A stretch of DNA of 64,000 nt from Pseudomonadota bacterium (lineage in GTDB: Bacteria; Myxococcota; JACRCW01; JAFGSX01): the NCBI GenBank assembly GCA_043821645.1, contig JBDRCO010000043.1:96001-160000 (forward strand). The letters are read 5' to 3'. This document shows, in pieces, positions 61,530 through 64,000 of the stretch. Positions within the stretch are counted from its first letter, which is position 1. Every line of letters begins with the position of its first letter. The notes below the pieces were generated by a model. It made no database searches and was not told where the DNA came from. It was given only the letters and a program-made list of their open reading frames with translations. Both the position numbers and the translations under genes were made by a program.

Positions 61530-64000
61530 TTGAGCTTCTACGCCGACCTGCACGTGCACTCGAAGTACTCGCGGGCGACCAGCCGCGACGGCGACCTGCC
61601 GCACCTGGCGCTGTGGGCCAGGCGCAAGGGCATCCGCGTGCTGGGCACCGGCGACTTCACGCACCCGGCCTGGTTCGACGAGATCCGGCAGCAGCTCATC
61701 GAGGCCGAGCCCGGGCTGTTCGCGCTGCGGCCCGAACTGTGCGCCGTCGACGACGGCCTGCCGCCACCACCGCCTGACGCCGCGCTGCGCTTCGTGCTCA
61801 GCGTCGAGATCTCGACCATCTACAAGAAGGCCGAGCGCACCCGCAAGGTGCACCACCTGATCCTGGTGCCCGACCTCGAGGGCGCCGCGCGCCTTCGCCA
61901 GCGCCTGGGCCAGATCGGCAACATCGCCTCGGACGGCCGCCCCATCCTGGGCCTGGACTCGCGCGACCTGCTGGAGATCCTGCTCGAGAGCGCCCCCGGG
62001 GGGCTGCTCATCCCGGCCCACATCTGGACCCCCTGGTTCAGCGTGCTGGGCTCGCGCTCGGGCTTCGACAGCATCGAGGAGTGCTACGGCGATCTGAGCG
62101 AGCACATCGTGGCGGTGGAGACGGGCCTGTCGTCGGACCCGCCCATGAACGCCCGTGTGTCGTCGCTGGACCGCTTCCGCCTGGTGAGCAACTCCGATGC
62201 GCACTCGCCGCAGAAGCTGGGCCGCGAGGCCTGCGTGTTCGATACCCCTCTCGACTACTTCGCCATGCGCCGCGCCCTGGAAACCGGTGCAGGATACGGC
62301 GGCACCGTCGAGTTCTTCCCCGAGGAGGGCAAGTACCACCTCGACGGCCACCGCGCCTGCGGCGTGGTGCAGGAGCCGGGCGAGACCCGGGCGCGCCAGG
62401 GCCTGTGCCCGAGCTGTGGCAAGCCGGTGACCGTGGGCGTCTTGCACCGCGTCGAGGAGCTGGCGGACCGCGCCGAAGCCGCGAGCGCGCCGCGAGATCC
62501 CGTTCGCTCGCTCATCCCCCTCGACGAGATCCTGGGCGAGCTCGAGGGCGTGGGCGCGGGCAGCAAGAAGGTGCGCGCGCTTTGTCACAAGCTGGTGTCC
62601 GCCCTGGGCCCCGAGCTGTGGCTGCTCGAGCACGCGCCCGTCGACGATGTGGCGCGCCTGGCCTCGCCCCTGCTCGCCGAGGCCCTGCAGCGCCTGCGCC
62701 GCGGCGAGGTGCGGTGCCAGGGTGGCTACGACGGGGAGTACGGCGTGATCCGGCTGTTCGACGAGCGCGAGCTGGCCGTCGAGCGCCGTGGTGGCTGGCT
62801 GTTCGGCGCACCGCCCGTGTCGGAGGCTCGCGGGCCGGCAGTCAAGACAGTCGAGCCCGCGCCACTGCCCCTGATGGCGCCTCCGCCCGCGGCCTTGCCT
62901 CCGTCGACGACCGCTCCCCCGACGGGCGAGGGCCTGCTCGCGGGCCTCGATCCCGAGCAGCGCGCTGCCGCCGAGTACGAGCGAGGTCCATTGCTCATCG
63001 TCGCCGGTCCGGGCAGCGGCAAGACGCGCACCCTGACCCACAGGCTGGCGCACCTGGTGCTCGAGCGGGGCGTGGATCCCGCTCGTTGCCTCGCCATCAC
63101 CTTCACCCGGCGCGCCGCCGCCGAGCTGCAGCTGCGCCTGACCCAGCTGATGGGCACCCGCGCGCTGCAGGTGCAGGTGTCGACCTTTCACGGCCTGGGC
63201 CTCCGGCTGCTGCGCACGCACGCCTCGGACATGGGCCTGCCCGACGACCTGAGCATTGCCAGCGAGGTGCAGCAGGAGCGCGCCATCGAACAGGCCTGCG
63301 GGTTGACCGGGGTACGTGCCCGGCGCCTGCGCCAGCGCATCCGTGCGCACAAGCACGGCGCCCTGGTGGGTGACGACGTGCAGCGGGCCCGCCAGGCCTA
63401 CGACGCGGTGCTGCGCATGGAAGGACGCATCGACCTCGACGACCTGGTGCTGCTGCCGGCGCAGCAGCTCGAGCACAGTCCCGCCCTGCAGGCCGCGCTG
63501 CGGGCCGCCTACGATCACGTGTGCGTGGACGAGTACCAAGATGTGGATCCAGTGCAGGTGCGCCTGCTGCGCGCGCTGGTCGCGCCCGACGGCACGCTCT
63601 GCGTCATCGGCGATCCCGATCAGTCCATCTATGGCTTTCGCGGCTCGGATCGGGCCCTGTTCGAGCGCTTCGTCGACGACTTCGAAGGCGTGCGCGTGGT
63701 GCGCCTGACCCGGTCCTACCGCCTGGGCCAGTGCATCCTCGACGCCTCGGCCCAGGTGCTCGAGCGCGGCGGTGACGGCGAGCGACGGCTGCAGGCCCTG
63801 CTGCGCGAGCCCGGCCGCATCCTGCTGCACCCGGCGCCCACCGAGCGCGCCGAGGCCGAATTCGTGGTGCACAGCATCGAGCGACTGCTCGGCGGCCACA
63901 GCTTCTTCTCCCTGGACAGCGCGCGCAGCGAGGGGCATCAGGCGTCCCTGGGCCTGGGCGACATCGCCGTGCTGGTCCGCACCGAGCGCCAGGCCGAGCC
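61530..64000 (+). CDS. EndoQ-like PHP-domain nuclease fused to a UvrD/Rep helicase (partial, runs off the right edge)
   Basis: TTG start. FYADLHVHSKYSRATS, GTGDFTHP, NSDAHS and GKYHLDGHRAC..CPSC, then in the same frame LDPEQRAA, AGPGSGKT, VDEYQD and GDPDQSIYGFRG. Absent from the ORF track. Confidence 0.92.
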   Translation, partial: MSFYADLHVHSKYSRATSRDGDLPHLALWARRKGIRVLGTGDFTHPAWFDEIRQQLIEAEPGLFALRPELCAVDDGLPPPPPDAALRFVLSVEISTIYKKAERTRKVHHLILVPDLEGAARLRQRLGQIGNIASDGRPILGLDSRDLLEILLESAPGGLLIPAHIWTPWFSVLGSRSGFDSIEECYGDLSEHIVAVETGLSSDPPMNARVSSLDRFRLVSNSDAHSPQKLGREACVFDTPLDYFAMRRALETGAGYGGTVEFFPEEGKYHLDGHRACGVVQEPGETRARQGLCPSCGKPVTVGVLHRVEELADRAEAASAPRDPVRSLIPLDEILGELEGVGAGSKKVRALCHKLVSALGPELWLLEHAPVDDVARLASPLLAEALQRLRRGEVRCQGGYDGEYGVIRLFDERELAVERRGGWLFGAPPVSEARGPAVKTVEPAPLPLMAPPPAALPPSTTAPPTGEGLLAGLDPEQRAAAEYERGPLLIVAGPGSGKTRTLTHRLAHLVLERGVDPARCLAITFTRRAAAELQLRLTQLMGTRALQVQVSTFHGLGLRLLRTHASDMGLPDDLSIASEVQQERAIEQACGLTGVRARRLRQRIRAHKHGALVGDDVQRARQAYDAVLRMEGRIDLDDLVLLPAQQLEHSPALQAALRAAYDHVCVDEYQDVDPVQVRLLRALVAPDGTLCVIGDPDQSIYGFRGSDRALFERFVDDFEGVRVVRLTRSYRLGQCILDASAQVLERGGDGERRLQALLREPGRILLHPAPTERAEAEFVVHSIERLLGGHSFFSLDSARSEGHQASLGLGDIAVLVRTERQAE

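Overview
High-GC chromosomal window from a myxobacterium-like deltaproteobacterium (Myxococcota-type features: MYXO-CTERM sorting signals, PEGA domains, Ser/Thr kinases, an FHA-sigma54 activator, an MshEN-REC protein). It holds about 45 genes. Housekeeping genes are ribA, a NifU-type protein, lolA, SSADH, a peroxiredoxin, groES-groEL and dnaX. The rest are mostly signalling and envelope genes. No rRNA, tRNA, CRISPR array, transposase or prophage is visible. Highlights: (1) a short palindromic repeat inserted in frame inside dnaX, with a second copy (51/64 nt identical) abutting the dnaX stop codon and a weaker relative near 4.1 kb; (2) a four-gene type III secretion satellite (TPR protein, unknown protein, FliA/WhiG sigma-28, inner-rod-like protein) with a readable sigma70 to sigma28 promoter cascade and no other T3SS or flagellar genes in the window; (3) an overlapping operon of a sensor diguanylate cyclase, an orphan PhnD-like lipoprotein and a family A DNA polymerase lacking the 5' nuclease; (4) an MFS transporter with an inserted Cys-containing PDZ-like domain; (5) a kinase with two cNMP-binding domains, a pair of M16 pseudo-peptidases, a Tat-signal radical SAM/DUF362 pair, and an EndoQ-UvrD fusion that the ORF track missed. 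Start codons were re-picked by eye using RBS motifs and gene overlaps. All family calls come from motif recognition, not database searches.
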